From the sequence record PX055572.1: DNA of 44,832 nucleotides. The stretch is one strand, 5' to 3'. Each line of letters opens with the position of its first letter. Positions within the stretch are counted from its first letter, which is position 1. The notes beneath the pieces are model-generated. The model did no database searches and had not been told where the DNA came from. It was given only the letters and a program-made list of their open reading frames with translations. This document shows, in pieces, positions 8,883-16,340 of the stretch. The position numbers were made by a program, and so were the translations under genes. Origin of the DNA: a phage.

Positions 8883-8910
8883 GAGAGGGACTTCGGTCCC
8901 TCTTTTCATT
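8883..8910 (+). terminator. Intrinsic terminator/attenuator after major capsid gene
   Basis: GAGGGAC-ttcg-GTCCCTC then TTTTCATTT. Confidence 0.6.
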
Positions 8911-8928
8911 TACTAAGAGGATTCCTAA

Positions 8929-9270
8929 ATGGCAGACGTATTGAAGCGACGCACCACCGGCGTCTCCGCTGACGCCCCGGGCGCTAAGATTGACATGGAG
9001 ACTATTTCTCCTGCGTCTTTCTCTTCCGCGCTGGCGGCTACTACCGCAGTGACCACAGGTGAAACTATGACACTGACCGTAACCGTAGCGGGCGGTCTGG
9101 AGCCATATTCTTACCAGTGGTATAAGAATAACAACGCCATCGCCGGGGCTACCGCAGCTACCTACGCTAAAGCGTCGACCACTGCCGCCGACTCCGGTAC
9201 GTATAAAGTGGTTGTTCACGATGCGTATGGTAATATTATCTCCAGCAGCACTGTAGCAACTGTGTCTTAA
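8929..9270 (+). CDS. Ig-like domain protein (putative decoration protein)
   Basis: MTLTVTVAGGLEPYSYQWYKNN...DSGTYKVVVHD; paralogous to C-terminus of ORF 5162..5620. Confidence 0.5.
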   Translation: MADVLKRRTTGVSADAPGAKIDMETISPASFSSALAATTAVTTGETMTLTVTVAGGLEPYSYQWYKNNNAIAGATAATYAKASTTAADSGTYKVVVHDAYGNIISSSTVATVS

Positions 9271-9305
9271 TACAGCGGCCCTTCGGGGCCGTAATAAGGA
9301 AAGGT

Positions 9306-9486
9306 CATGGCAGATAATTATGTAATCCGCGAAAAGTACACCCACGTTGATGTTGTTGACGGTCAGGTGATGCCTGTTCGCGGTGCGGTAGAAGCGGAAG
9401 AACTGGTTGCAACACAACCGGACAACGAAGAAGCGCACAACAACGGTGGTGGTACTAAGCGACGTCGCCGTAAGTCAGAGGAATAA
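9306..9486 (+). pseudogene. Small ORF interrupted by apparent +1 frame break at a G-run (9358-9362)
   Basis: ATG 9306 with SD AAGGAAAGG gives MADNYVIREKYTHVDVVDG then continues in frame only 1 nt downstream (...VMPVRGAVEAEELVATQPDNEEAHNNGGGTKRRRRKSEE, stop 9484-9486). Confidence 0.25.
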
Positions 9487-9489
9487 TTT

Positions 9490-10002
9490 ATGCCGCTAAT
9501 CGTGGAAACTGGGGAAATCGTCCCGAATGCCGACAGTTACATTAGTCTGGCTGACGCCCGCGCGTTAGCGGCTAATTATGGTCTGGAGTTGCCCGCGGAT
9601 GATACCGCCGCAGAGGTGGCCTTGCGCAACGGTGCTACTTATGTCGGGCTTGCAGAACCGCAGATGTGCGGGCGTCGCGTATCCGCTGAACAGTCTCTTG
9701 CGTATCCACGCACGGGTGTAACGTTGAATGGTTTCCCAGTAGCTAACAATGCCATTCCGAAACAGGTAATTCTCGCGCAGGTAATCGCCGCTGTTACGTA
9801 TGGAGCTGGCACTGATGTTCGGGCTAACTCCGATGGACGTTCCGTGCAGACCGAGCGTGTAGAGGGTGCGGTAACAGTTACCTACTTCAACAACGGCAAC
9901 AGCGGAGCCACAACCGCGATTACCGCCGCTGACGACGCCTTACGCCCGTTACTGTGTGGTGGTCTTAACAACGGCTTCTCATTTAATGTGTACCGGGGTT
10001 AA
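9490..10002 (+). CDS. Head-tail connector / structural protein
   Basis: 170-aa ORF in neck region between capsid and tail genes; position only. Confidence 0.4.
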   Translation: MPLIVETGEIVPNADSYISLADARALAANYGLELPADDTAAEVALRNGATYVGLAEPQMCGRRVSAEQSLAYPRTGVTLNGFPVANNAIPKQVILAQVIAAVTYGAGTDVRANSDGRSVQTERVEGAVTVTYFNNGNSGATTAITAADDALRPLLCGGLNNGFSFNVYRG

Positions 10003-10004
10003 AA

Positions 10005-10619
10005 ATGGCGAAGACTAAATCAGAGATGTTTACTCTTATCGGCGCAAACCTCCCCGATAACACTACCGGGCTTATTACCCCAGCAGCGTTGCGCGAGGTA
10101 ATGACCCAGATGGCTGACTCACCTATTTACGCCACTCCAGGTGTTAAAGAGGTTGAAGTTCTCCGCGCTGCGTCGACAGTAGCGCAAGCGCCTACCGCAG
10201 TAGATACGGCGTTGCAGGTATCGTTCGGCTCTGCTCAGGGTAGTGCATCTGACCCGGTAATGATTAATGCTGCGGGGCTGGTTACATTCAACACCGCGGG
10301 TAACTATGCCGTTCGCATCAAGTTACAGGCCGGTCGCTCCGGCGCTAGCGGAACGTCTATCCTGTTGTCGCGTATCCGCATTAACGGCGCTCAGTACGGC
10401 TCACCAGCAGCTACGAAACTTGTTAGCTCGGAAACCACCATCCCTATTGAATCCCGTGTAGTGATTAACCCAACCGCCGGGCAAACATTCGCCGTTCAGA
10501 TTATGCGAGATAGCGCCGGGACTAACTTCGGAGGCGTATACCCGCAGGTGGCTACTGTAACTGCATGGGGCACGGCACCGTCCGCGCTACTGGTTATTTC
10601 GAGACTGGAGGCTGCCTGA
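10005..10619 (+). CDS. Structural (neck/head completion) protein
   Basis: 204 aa, tightly packed in structural operon; position only. Confidence 0.35.
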   Translation: MAKTKSEMFTLIGANLPDNTTGLITPAALREVMTQMADSPIYATPGVKEVEVLRAASTVAQAPTAVDTALQVSFGSAQGSASDPVMINAAGLVTFNTAGNYAVRIKLQAGRSGASGTSILLSRIRINGAQYGSPAATKLVSSETTIPIESRVVINPTAGQTFAVQIMRDSAGTNFGGVYPQVATVTAWGTAPSALLVISRLEAA

Positions 10620-10978
10620 TGAGCACTGCTTTCAGTAAACGTATGCAAGGCGTGGGTACACGCCTGCTAACCAAATTCGGTAGCACGGTATCTCTGATTC
10701 GCGCTGGCTCGAAAGTGTGGGATGAAGTTCTCGGTGAGTACGTCTGGTCTGCGGACGAAGTGTTGCCGTTGAAGGCCGTTCCGGTTCCTGTTAATGCGGG
10801 TCTGGTGAACGGTACGACGATTCAGGCTGGTGACATGATTGTTAAAGCCGATTACAGCGTCGTTCCTAAGATGGAAGACAAAGTGCAATTCGGCGGCGAG
10901 CAATGGTCCGTCGTAGCCATTGAGAAGAAGGTGGTTAACGATGATGTTGTGGCCTACTTTATTCAGGTGAGAAAATGA
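10619..10978 (+). CDS. Head-tail joining protein
   Basis: ATG 10619 overlapping upstream stop (ATGA), SD GGAGG; 119 aa; position. Confidence 0.4.
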   Translation: MSTAFSKRMQGVGTRLLTKFGSTVSLIRAGSKVWDEVLGEYVWSADEVLPLKAVPVPVNAGLVNGTTIQAGDMIVKADYSVVPKMEDKVQFGGEQWSVVAIEKKVVNDDVVAYFIQVRK

Positions 10979-11370
10979 GTTTCGCGCTGGACGTCTCTAA
11001 GTTCGTGGAAAAGGCGAAGAAGAACCCTGAGAAGGTGATGCGTCAGGTGTCTATCAAGCTGTTTTCCGCTATTATAAAGGCGAGTCCGGTAGATACTGGT
11101 CGGTTTCGCATGAACTGGATGGCATCTGGCGGTACTCCTGCTTCCGGGATTACGGATGCTACGGATAAATCAGGAAACACAGCAACCGGAAACGCTACAA
11201 GTTTCGTGCTGAAAGCCACCGACTGGCATGAGTTCACGCTGACAAATAACCTGCCGTATGCACAACGGCTGGAGTATGGCTGGTCGCAACAGGCCCCGCA
11301 AGGATTCGTCAGGACTAACGTGTCCCGCTTCCAGCAACTCATTAACGAAGAAGCTAGCAAGGTGAGATGA
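10975..11370 (+). CDS. Tail completion / neck protein (HK97 gp10-like)
   Basis: 131 aa with DTGRFRMNW segment resembling HK97 gp10 family motif (from memory); position before major tail gene. Confidence 0.4.
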   Translation: MSFALDVSKFVEKAKKNPEKVMRQVSIKLFSAIIKASPVDTGRFRMNWMASGGTPASGITDATDKSGNTATGNATSFVLKATDWHEFTLTNNLPYAQRLEYGWSQQAPQGFVRTNVSRFQQLINEEASKVR

Positions 11371-11783
11371 TGGGCTACTTTGAGGACTTAACAAAAGCGT
11401 TTGATGTGCCGCTGGTAGCCTTCGGAACCACCAACGGCATCAAGGTAGCGCTTGAAAACATCGACGCGCCGACGTCAACAGATACGCCGTATCTGGCAAG
11501 TTACATGTTGCTGGCGGATACCGAGCAGGCTGACTTATTCTTCACGGAACAACGCGCCGGTGTCTATCAGATAGACATTAACTACGCATCGGTGAAAGGT
11601 AGCGCGCCAATCAATAAAATGGCAGACTTACTTAACACGGCGTTTAAATCAGGTAAGTCATTTTCACGTAACGACATCTGCGCCGAGGTTCAATCGGTTA
11701 GCCTGGGGCCGCTGATTGTAGAAAACGGATGGGCCAAAAGACCATTGTCAATTAACTTTATTGCATTCACCAAGAGGCTGTGA
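11367..11783 (+). CDS. Tail terminator / completion protein
   Basis: 138-aa ORF immediately upstream of major tail protein; position only. Confidence 0.35.
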   Translation: MMGYFEDLTKAFDVPLVAFGTTNGIKVALENIDAPTSTDTPYLASYMLLADTEQADLFFTEQRAGVYQIDINYASVKGSAPINKMADLLNTAFKSGKSFSRNDICAEVQSVSLGPLIVENGWAKRPLSINFIAFTKRL

Positions 11784-11785
11784 AT

Positions 11786-12952
11786 ATGGCTACAACTCCT
11801 TTTAAGGGCGCGAATACCGCGCAATTCTATGTGGCGGAAACTACCCCGGGCGTAACACCGGCTAACCCGGTATGGTCGCCACTGCGTAACACAGGCGGCG
11901 TTCCTGCCATTACCCGTGACACGCTGACCTCCAACGAACTGGACGGCAGCCGCGAAACTACATCCATCCGCACCGGTAACAAGCAGGTTAGCGGTGAATA
12001 TGCTATTGAGCTTAGCTCGAAAAGCCAGGATGACTGGCTAGCCGGGGCTTTAGGCTCTACGTGGCAGGCTGGCGTATCTCTGTCAGGGCTATCGATTACC
12101 GTCGCACCGGCTGGCAAGACGTTCACACGTGCCACCGGCAGCTTTATCACTGACGGAGTTGGGGTAGGCGACCTGATTGCGTTTACCGATTTAACTGGCG
12201 ATAATGCAAAACCATTTATTGTTACTGCAGTAACGGCTACGGTTGTTACTGGTGCAGGCATCCAACACACCCTGACCACCGAGACAAAAACTAGTAAGGC
12301 TAAAACTGGCGACACGCTGGAAACCGGTAATACGTGTAAGACGTTCTCTATCCTTACCTGGTACAAAGGCCAGTGCGGCGGTACTTACGCGTACACGTTA
12401 ACCAAAGGCGTGGAAGTTTCTGGTTTTACCATCGAACAGGCTGTTAACGCGATGGTAACTGGCAGCTTCCCATTCATCGGTCGCAGTCAGGAGATTCTCA
12501 CCACGCCGCCGAGGGGTTCCAACTTCTCATCTGTTACTTTTGGTGATGAGCCGTTTTCTTCGGTTGACGTTTCCGTGTTCGATGGTTCTACGCCGTTGCG
12601 ATGCGACAGTCTGACTATCACCAACGATAACAGCGCGTCCGCGCAGTTCGAACTTGGTAACACTAACGTAGCGTTTGTTGAGCGTAGCCGCGCGGCTAAC
12701 ACTTTCTCCATCTCCGGCAAGCTGTACGACATGGCGATGATTCAGAAGTTTATCAACGAACAGCAGGTAGAGATTAACTCTATTCTGGCGGGGGTAAACG
12801 GGGCTATGTCTTTCAGTTTGAAACGCGCAGAGCTTACAGCAGTAACACCAGAGATTAGCGGACCAGAGTCAATCACTCAGTCCATTGAGGGGCAGGCCAC
12901 CGGCAACCAGTACCAGTCGTCTATCGTAATTCAACGTATCACCTACGCATAA
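11786..12952 (+). CDS. Major tail protein
   Basis: ATG 11786 with SD AAGAGG 8 nt upstream (ORF track starts at GTG 11780); 389 aa Thr/Gly/Ser-rich beta-type protein; followed by strong bidirectional terminator. Confidence 0.55.
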   Translation: MATTPFKGANTAQFYVAETTPGVTPANPVWSPLRNTGGVPAITRDTLTSNELDGSRETTSIRTGNKQVSGEYAIELSSKSQDDWLAGALGSTWQAGVSLSGLSITVAPAGKTFTRATGSFITDGVGVGDLIAFTDLTGDNAKPFIVTAVTATVVTGAGIQHTLTTETKTSKAKTGDTLETGNTCKTFSILTWYKGQCGGTYAYTLTKGVEVSGFTIEQAVNAMVTGSFPFIGRSQEILTTPPRGSNFSSVTFGDEPFSSVDVSVFDGSTPLRCDSLTITNDNSASAQFELGNTNVAFVERSRAANTFSISGKLYDMAMIQKFINEQQVEINSILAGVNGAMSFSLKRAELTAVTPEISGPESITQSIEGQATGNQYQSSIVIQRITYA

Positions 12953-12954
12953 AA

Positions 12955-12982
12955 CTAAGGCCCCTTTCGGGGCCTTTTTCTT
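12955..12982. terminator. Bidirectional terminator between major tail gene and reverse cassette
   Basis: AGGCCCC-tttc-GGGGCCT then TTTTCTT; A-rich on the other side. Confidence 0.65.
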
Positions 12983-13535
12983 ACAAACCTAATTTTAAAG
13001 CAATGTCTATAACGTTCGATTTAACGTCACCCGGTATGATGTAGGTGTCGTAATCTTTTACACCACTAACATCATACAGATAGCCACGGCTATCGCCGAT
13101 GAACGTATAGCCGTCACGATGGAGGCGAACGATTTGCACGTCATGCCCTGCGGCGACGATAGGGGCAACTTCACTGGCGAATCCACCGTCGGACACTACA
13201 AAAACTTCGTCGCCGTCAGGCAAGTTTTCAGCAAGATACTTACCGAAATAATCATCGCCGAATACCGGTTTAATGAATTGCTCAGAAATGGCAATCATTA
13301 ACTGGCGGCGGGACAACCCATTAAGAAAACCCTCGGGTTTTTCTTTCCGCGCCCGGTCGTCGTAGCCGTCGAGAAATTCGTGGTAAGCATCCTGGCCTAA
13401 CGCTGCCAAAGCAATATTGAACATTGGATTCTTGAAACTGGTAGTTCCTTTCGCAAAGCCCATTTCTACCAGCGCCATAGCAAGCGTGTCTTTCCCGCAA
13501 CCCGCAGGGCCATTAAGAATAATTACCTTAGCCAC
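12981..13535 (-). CDS. P-loop nucleotide kinase (dNMP kinase / polynucleotide kinase-like)
   Basis: Walker A GPAGCGKDT at N-terminus; 184 aa; adjacent to HAD phosphatase in reverse-strand cassette. Confidence 0.6.
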   Translation of the reverse strand: MAKVIILNGPAGCGKDTLAMALVEMGFAKGTTSFKNPMFNIALAALGQDAYHEFLDGYDDRARKEKPEGFLNGLSRRQLMIAISEQFIKPVFGDDYFGKYLAENLPDGDEVFVVSDGGFASEVAPIVAAGHDVQIVRLHRDGYTFIGDSRGYLYDVSGVKDYDTYIIPGDVKSNVIDIALKLGL

Positions 13536-14023
13536 TATTTATCGCTCCCGTGTGGTTTTAAGTGTGTAGAGTTCCCGTTACAGTCGTATTCGGTAACTGC
13601 GTGTGCGGTTATGCCGAGGTCACGGAAATGCTTTATTACCGCTGGAGAGTCGTCGAACGCACACAAGATTCTTTCCAGTCCGAAAGCACGCAACACCTCT
13701 TCTTTAATTACGATGTCTTTTCTGTTGTCGTGTTTGCTGCGCATGATTAGCGTGTCAAACCTAACGTTATTCTCTCGTAACCATTCGCGAGTCTCCTCCT
13801 CAGCGTCATCACTTCGCCCGGTAAGGATAATTATAGTAAGTCCGGAATGCCACAGTACGCTACACAAATGGATATTGTCGTATATCGGAGCGTCATCTTT
13901 GCAGGCCATGTTAAATGGCTTCCACGCCCACGTTTCTCCGTAGTTATCTTTTGGTAACAGGTGTAAGCGATGGGTACCGTCGGCCAATGTCCCGTCTAAA
14001 TCGAAAATTACAATATCTTTCAT
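13535..14023 (-). CDS. HAD-superfamily phosphatase (nucleotidase / 3'-phosphatase-like)
   Basis: N-terminal catalytic motif DLDGTL (DxDxT), 162 aa; translationally coupled to kinase gene. Confidence 0.6.
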   Translation of the reverse strand: MKDIVIFDLDGTLADGTHRLHLLPKDNYGETWAWKPFNMACKDDAPIYDNIHLCSVLWHSGLTIIILTGRSDDAEEETREWLRENNVRFDTLIMRSKHDNRKDIVIKEEVLRAFGLERILCAFDDSPAVIKHFRDLGITAHAVTEYDCNGNSTHLKPHGSDK

Positions 14024-15150
14024 CCCAGCATCTCCGGTGAAATAGTTAAACGTGCGACCTCGCCATATTCGGCGCTATAAGTAATTACATTTGCACTGCG
14101 GCCCGACATCCATCCGCCGCGAGAGGCGTAGGCGTCTTTAGCCGCTAAGGTGCGGTGTTGCTCAACAATCATGTTACGGCTTTCTACAATCTTCTGGTGG
14201 TGCAGATGGCCTACGTGGGCGTAGCTGTAAACACTCTCGCCGAACGCTTTACGGAACTTGGCAATCATAACCGGTTCGATAGCGTCGAATCGTGCTTTAT
14301 GCCCGTGATGGAAGAACAGCGTCGTTTTGCCGTGTCGCACCATCTTGTAAACATCCGGCGACGTATCGACGAATACACGAGGCTCGTTGTCGTACAGTGT
14401 GCTGAACATCTCCGCCAGCCAAATCATCCCGGATTCGTCGTGGTTCCCCTGAACTATAAGCAAGCGAACAGTTTTATGCTTAACCAGAGCCATATCAACA
14501 ACACGGCGGACCATGCGAATCATGTAGCGGACAAGTTTCTGGTAACGCGTGTCGGCGTCAAGGACATGACCACTAGCCGGTGTAACGGCGTCAAGACTAT
14601 CGAAGTGAGCTAAGTCGCCAAGAAGATTAATAACCCCCGTACCTGCATCCGGTGCTTTCTGAAACGCAGCATCAAACCAACGAGAGAATAAGTCCTCCGC
14701 GATTTTCATATCCCAGTCGTCGCCGCTCTCGTCAGCCCAGGCTAACATACCGAGATGGAAATCAGATACCGTGTAAAGATTGAGTAGTTTATCGTCACGT
14801 TTGGCTCGTGCCGGTTTAACAGGCGCAACGGGCGTAATCTCTGACTTCATGCCCTCTATTACGGCTTTCATCAATTCAACCTGACGTTCGGCATCAGCGT
14901 CGGTCTTAACCCATTGCAACTTAGTGTTGCCGAACTCGTCCACCAGGGACGACGTTCCTTTAATCTTGTAACCGTCTGGTACAAGGTGACTAACGTCGCG
15001 CCCGTGGCCTACGCCTTTCTTAGCCAGCTTCGCTTTACGGATACGAATAACGCGGTCTGAGATTCCGTATTTACGGGCGATATCGATATTCTTCATCCCG
15101 GCGTTCAATTCTTCCTGCAACTGTTCGTCGGTTATTTTCTTCTGGGCCAT
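14020..15150 (-). CDS. Calcineurin-like metallophosphoesterase with N-terminal HTH domain
   Basis: Motifs DFH, GDLAHFD, GNHDE, HHGH, GHLHH; N-terminal 60 aa HTH-like (IDIARKYGISDRVIRIRKAK); start ATG 15150 with SD GAGGAA 7 nt upstream (ORF track extends further 5'). Confidence 0.65.
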   Translation of the reverse strand: MAQKKITDEQLQEELNAGMKNIDIARKYGISDRVIRIRKAKLAKKGVGHGRDVSHLVPDGYKIKGTSSLVDEFGNTKLQWVKTDADAERQVELMKAVIEGMKSEITPVAPVKPARAKRDDKLLNLYTVSDFHLGMLAWADESGDDWDMKIAEDLFSRWFDAAFQKAPDAGTGVINLLGDLAHFDSLDAVTPASGHVLDADTRYQKLVRYMIRMVRRVVDMALVKHKTVRLLIVQGNHDESGMIWLAEMFSTLYDNEPRVFVDTSPDVYKMVRHGKTTLFFHHGHKARFDAIEPVMIAKFRKAFGESVYSYAHVGHLHHQKIVESRNMIVEQHRTLAAKDAYASRGGWMSGRSANVITYSAEYGEVARLTISPEMLG

Positions 15151-15188
15151 GCTTACTTCCTCGTGTTTAGGATTTGTCTTATGGTAGC

Positions 15189-15380
15189 CTACTTCTCTTT
15201 CACGTTCGAGTTGCAAGCCCAGATTAAAATGAATACCCACGGCAACAGAATCCACCCGAGAAATAAGTTAGCCATGAATATCGCCAGCTTTGCTTTATGG
15301 TTACGCATATGTGCCACCAAAAACGGGATAAAATAAACGGCTACAAAAATAATTAAGAAGAACATAGTGATACCGGTCAT
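15189..15380 (-). CDS. Small two-TM membrane protein, superinfection-immunity (Imm)-like
   Basis: MTGITMFFLIIFVAVYFIPFLVAHMRNHKAKLAIFMANLFLGWILLPWVFILIWA; start at internal ATG with SD AGGAG 7 nt upstream; LLGW...WxxxLxWA pattern resembles superinfection-immunity family (from memory). Confidence 0.45.
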   Translation of the reverse strand: MTGITMFFLIIFVAVYFIPFLVAHMRNHKAKLAIFMANLFLGWILLPWVFILIWACNSNVKEK

Positions 15381-15422
15381 AACATAACTCCTGATTTGAG
15401 ATAACATCGTTGGTGTAAGTGA

Positions 15423-15451
15423 ATAGTACGCTATTATATTGGGGAGTGCAA
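15423..15451 (-). promoter_or_regulatory. Promoter H: TTGCAC-N17-TACTAT with AATAG-N4-CTATT palindrome
   Basis: As transcribed: TTGCAC TCCCCAATATAATAGCG TACTAT; ~40 nt upstream of Imm-like gene. Confidence 0.55.
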
Positions 15452-15558
15452 GTAGTGTGCTAGAATAATTTTGCGCCTAGTGTCGCACACGAAAAGCGGG
15501 TGGTTCCCGTCTGGCGCATTTCCTTTAACCAGTAACCTCTTAACCAAAGGATTAAAGA

Positions 15559-15975
15559 ATGAAACTTTCTGATTTTTATTACGAAGCGGAAGCCGAAAAG
15601 GGCGCACGTATGCCGATACCGCTAAAAGACGGTACTGATTCCGGGGAATGGCTTAATGTTGTTTCTCCTGAGGCGGACGTTGCCGTTAAGGCTATGCGCG
15701 CGTTCACCCTTGCATACCGGGCAGTATTAGGGAAATTAAAACCGCTTCGTGATAAGTGCGAAGAGATGAAAGATTTCTCTGAATACAACCTGAAGATGGA
15801 AGACGCGGCGACGGACCTTAACCGTCAGTTAGCGATTGAATTGGTTAACGGGTGGAGCCTTGACGACGAATTCAATAAAGAGAATCTGAACACACTCCTG
15901 ACGCAATATAAACGACTCGCGGAACTTGTTGTTGTGTTTCATAACGAACAACTGCACCAGCTACAGGAAAAGTAG
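15559..15975 (+). CDS. Tail assembly chaperone (G-like)
   Basis: 138-aa acidic ORF immediately upstream of tape measure; a -1 frame ORF opens at 15945 before its stop. Confidence 0.5.
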   Translation: MKLSDFYYEAEAEKGARMPIPLKDGTDSGEWLNVVSPEADVAVKAMRAFTLAYRAVLGKLKPLRDKCEEMKDFSEYNLKMEDAATDLNRQLAIELVNGWSLDDEFNKENLNTLLTQYKRLAELVVVFHNEQLHQLQEK

Positions 15976-16340
15976 ACGCGTTGCTCCAGTTCGCCCGTTG
16001 GAACTTCATAACCCGCCACAAACGGCGGGAATTTGACAGTATCGCCGATGGGCATAAAGCCGCGCTAATTGCTATGGGGGTTATGCAAGACGCGCCGGAT
16101 GCAACGCAGGCCGCTGGGCCGGAATGCCCCCCTGAGCTACTAACCACATTTGAGAAGTACAGGGAAATTAAATTCACCCGCCGAGTGGACGACGACGGCA
16201 TCAAGATGTACCCGCGCGAGCAATTACGATGGTCAGATTTAGTGGCGTACAGCACCGTTTCAGGCCAGAATATAGGGATGTTCGAATCCGACATCATCAT
16301 GAGCTTAGACGCTATTTTCGAGGGTAGAAACGATGGCTGA
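15945..16340 (+). CDS. Tail assembly chaperone extension (GT-like, candidate -1 frameshift product)
   Basis: -1 frame relative to 15559..15975 is open from 15945 to 16340; no ATG; near-slippery GGAAAAG at 15966-15972; alternatively TTG start 15981. Confidence 0.35.
   Translation, partial: RTTAPATGKVDALLQFARWNFITRHKRREFDSIADGHKAALIAMGVMQDAPDATQAAGPECPPELLTTFEKYREIKFTRRVDDDGIKMYPREQLRWSDLVAYSTVSGQNIGMFESDIIMSLDAIFEGRNDG

Noticed and set aside
8875-9438. 187-aa reverse-strand ORF overlapping the Ig-like gene and the frame-broken small ORF
   Set aside because: Cys/Arg-rich nonsense-like translation antisense to a coupled + strand operon; no expression signals.
15438-15466. Possible rightward promoter TTGGGG-N16-TAGAAT for the tail chaperone-tape measure operon, overlapping promoter H
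   Set aside because: Poor -35 hexamer; the + strand tail genes may instead be expressed by read-through or from an unrecognised late promoter.
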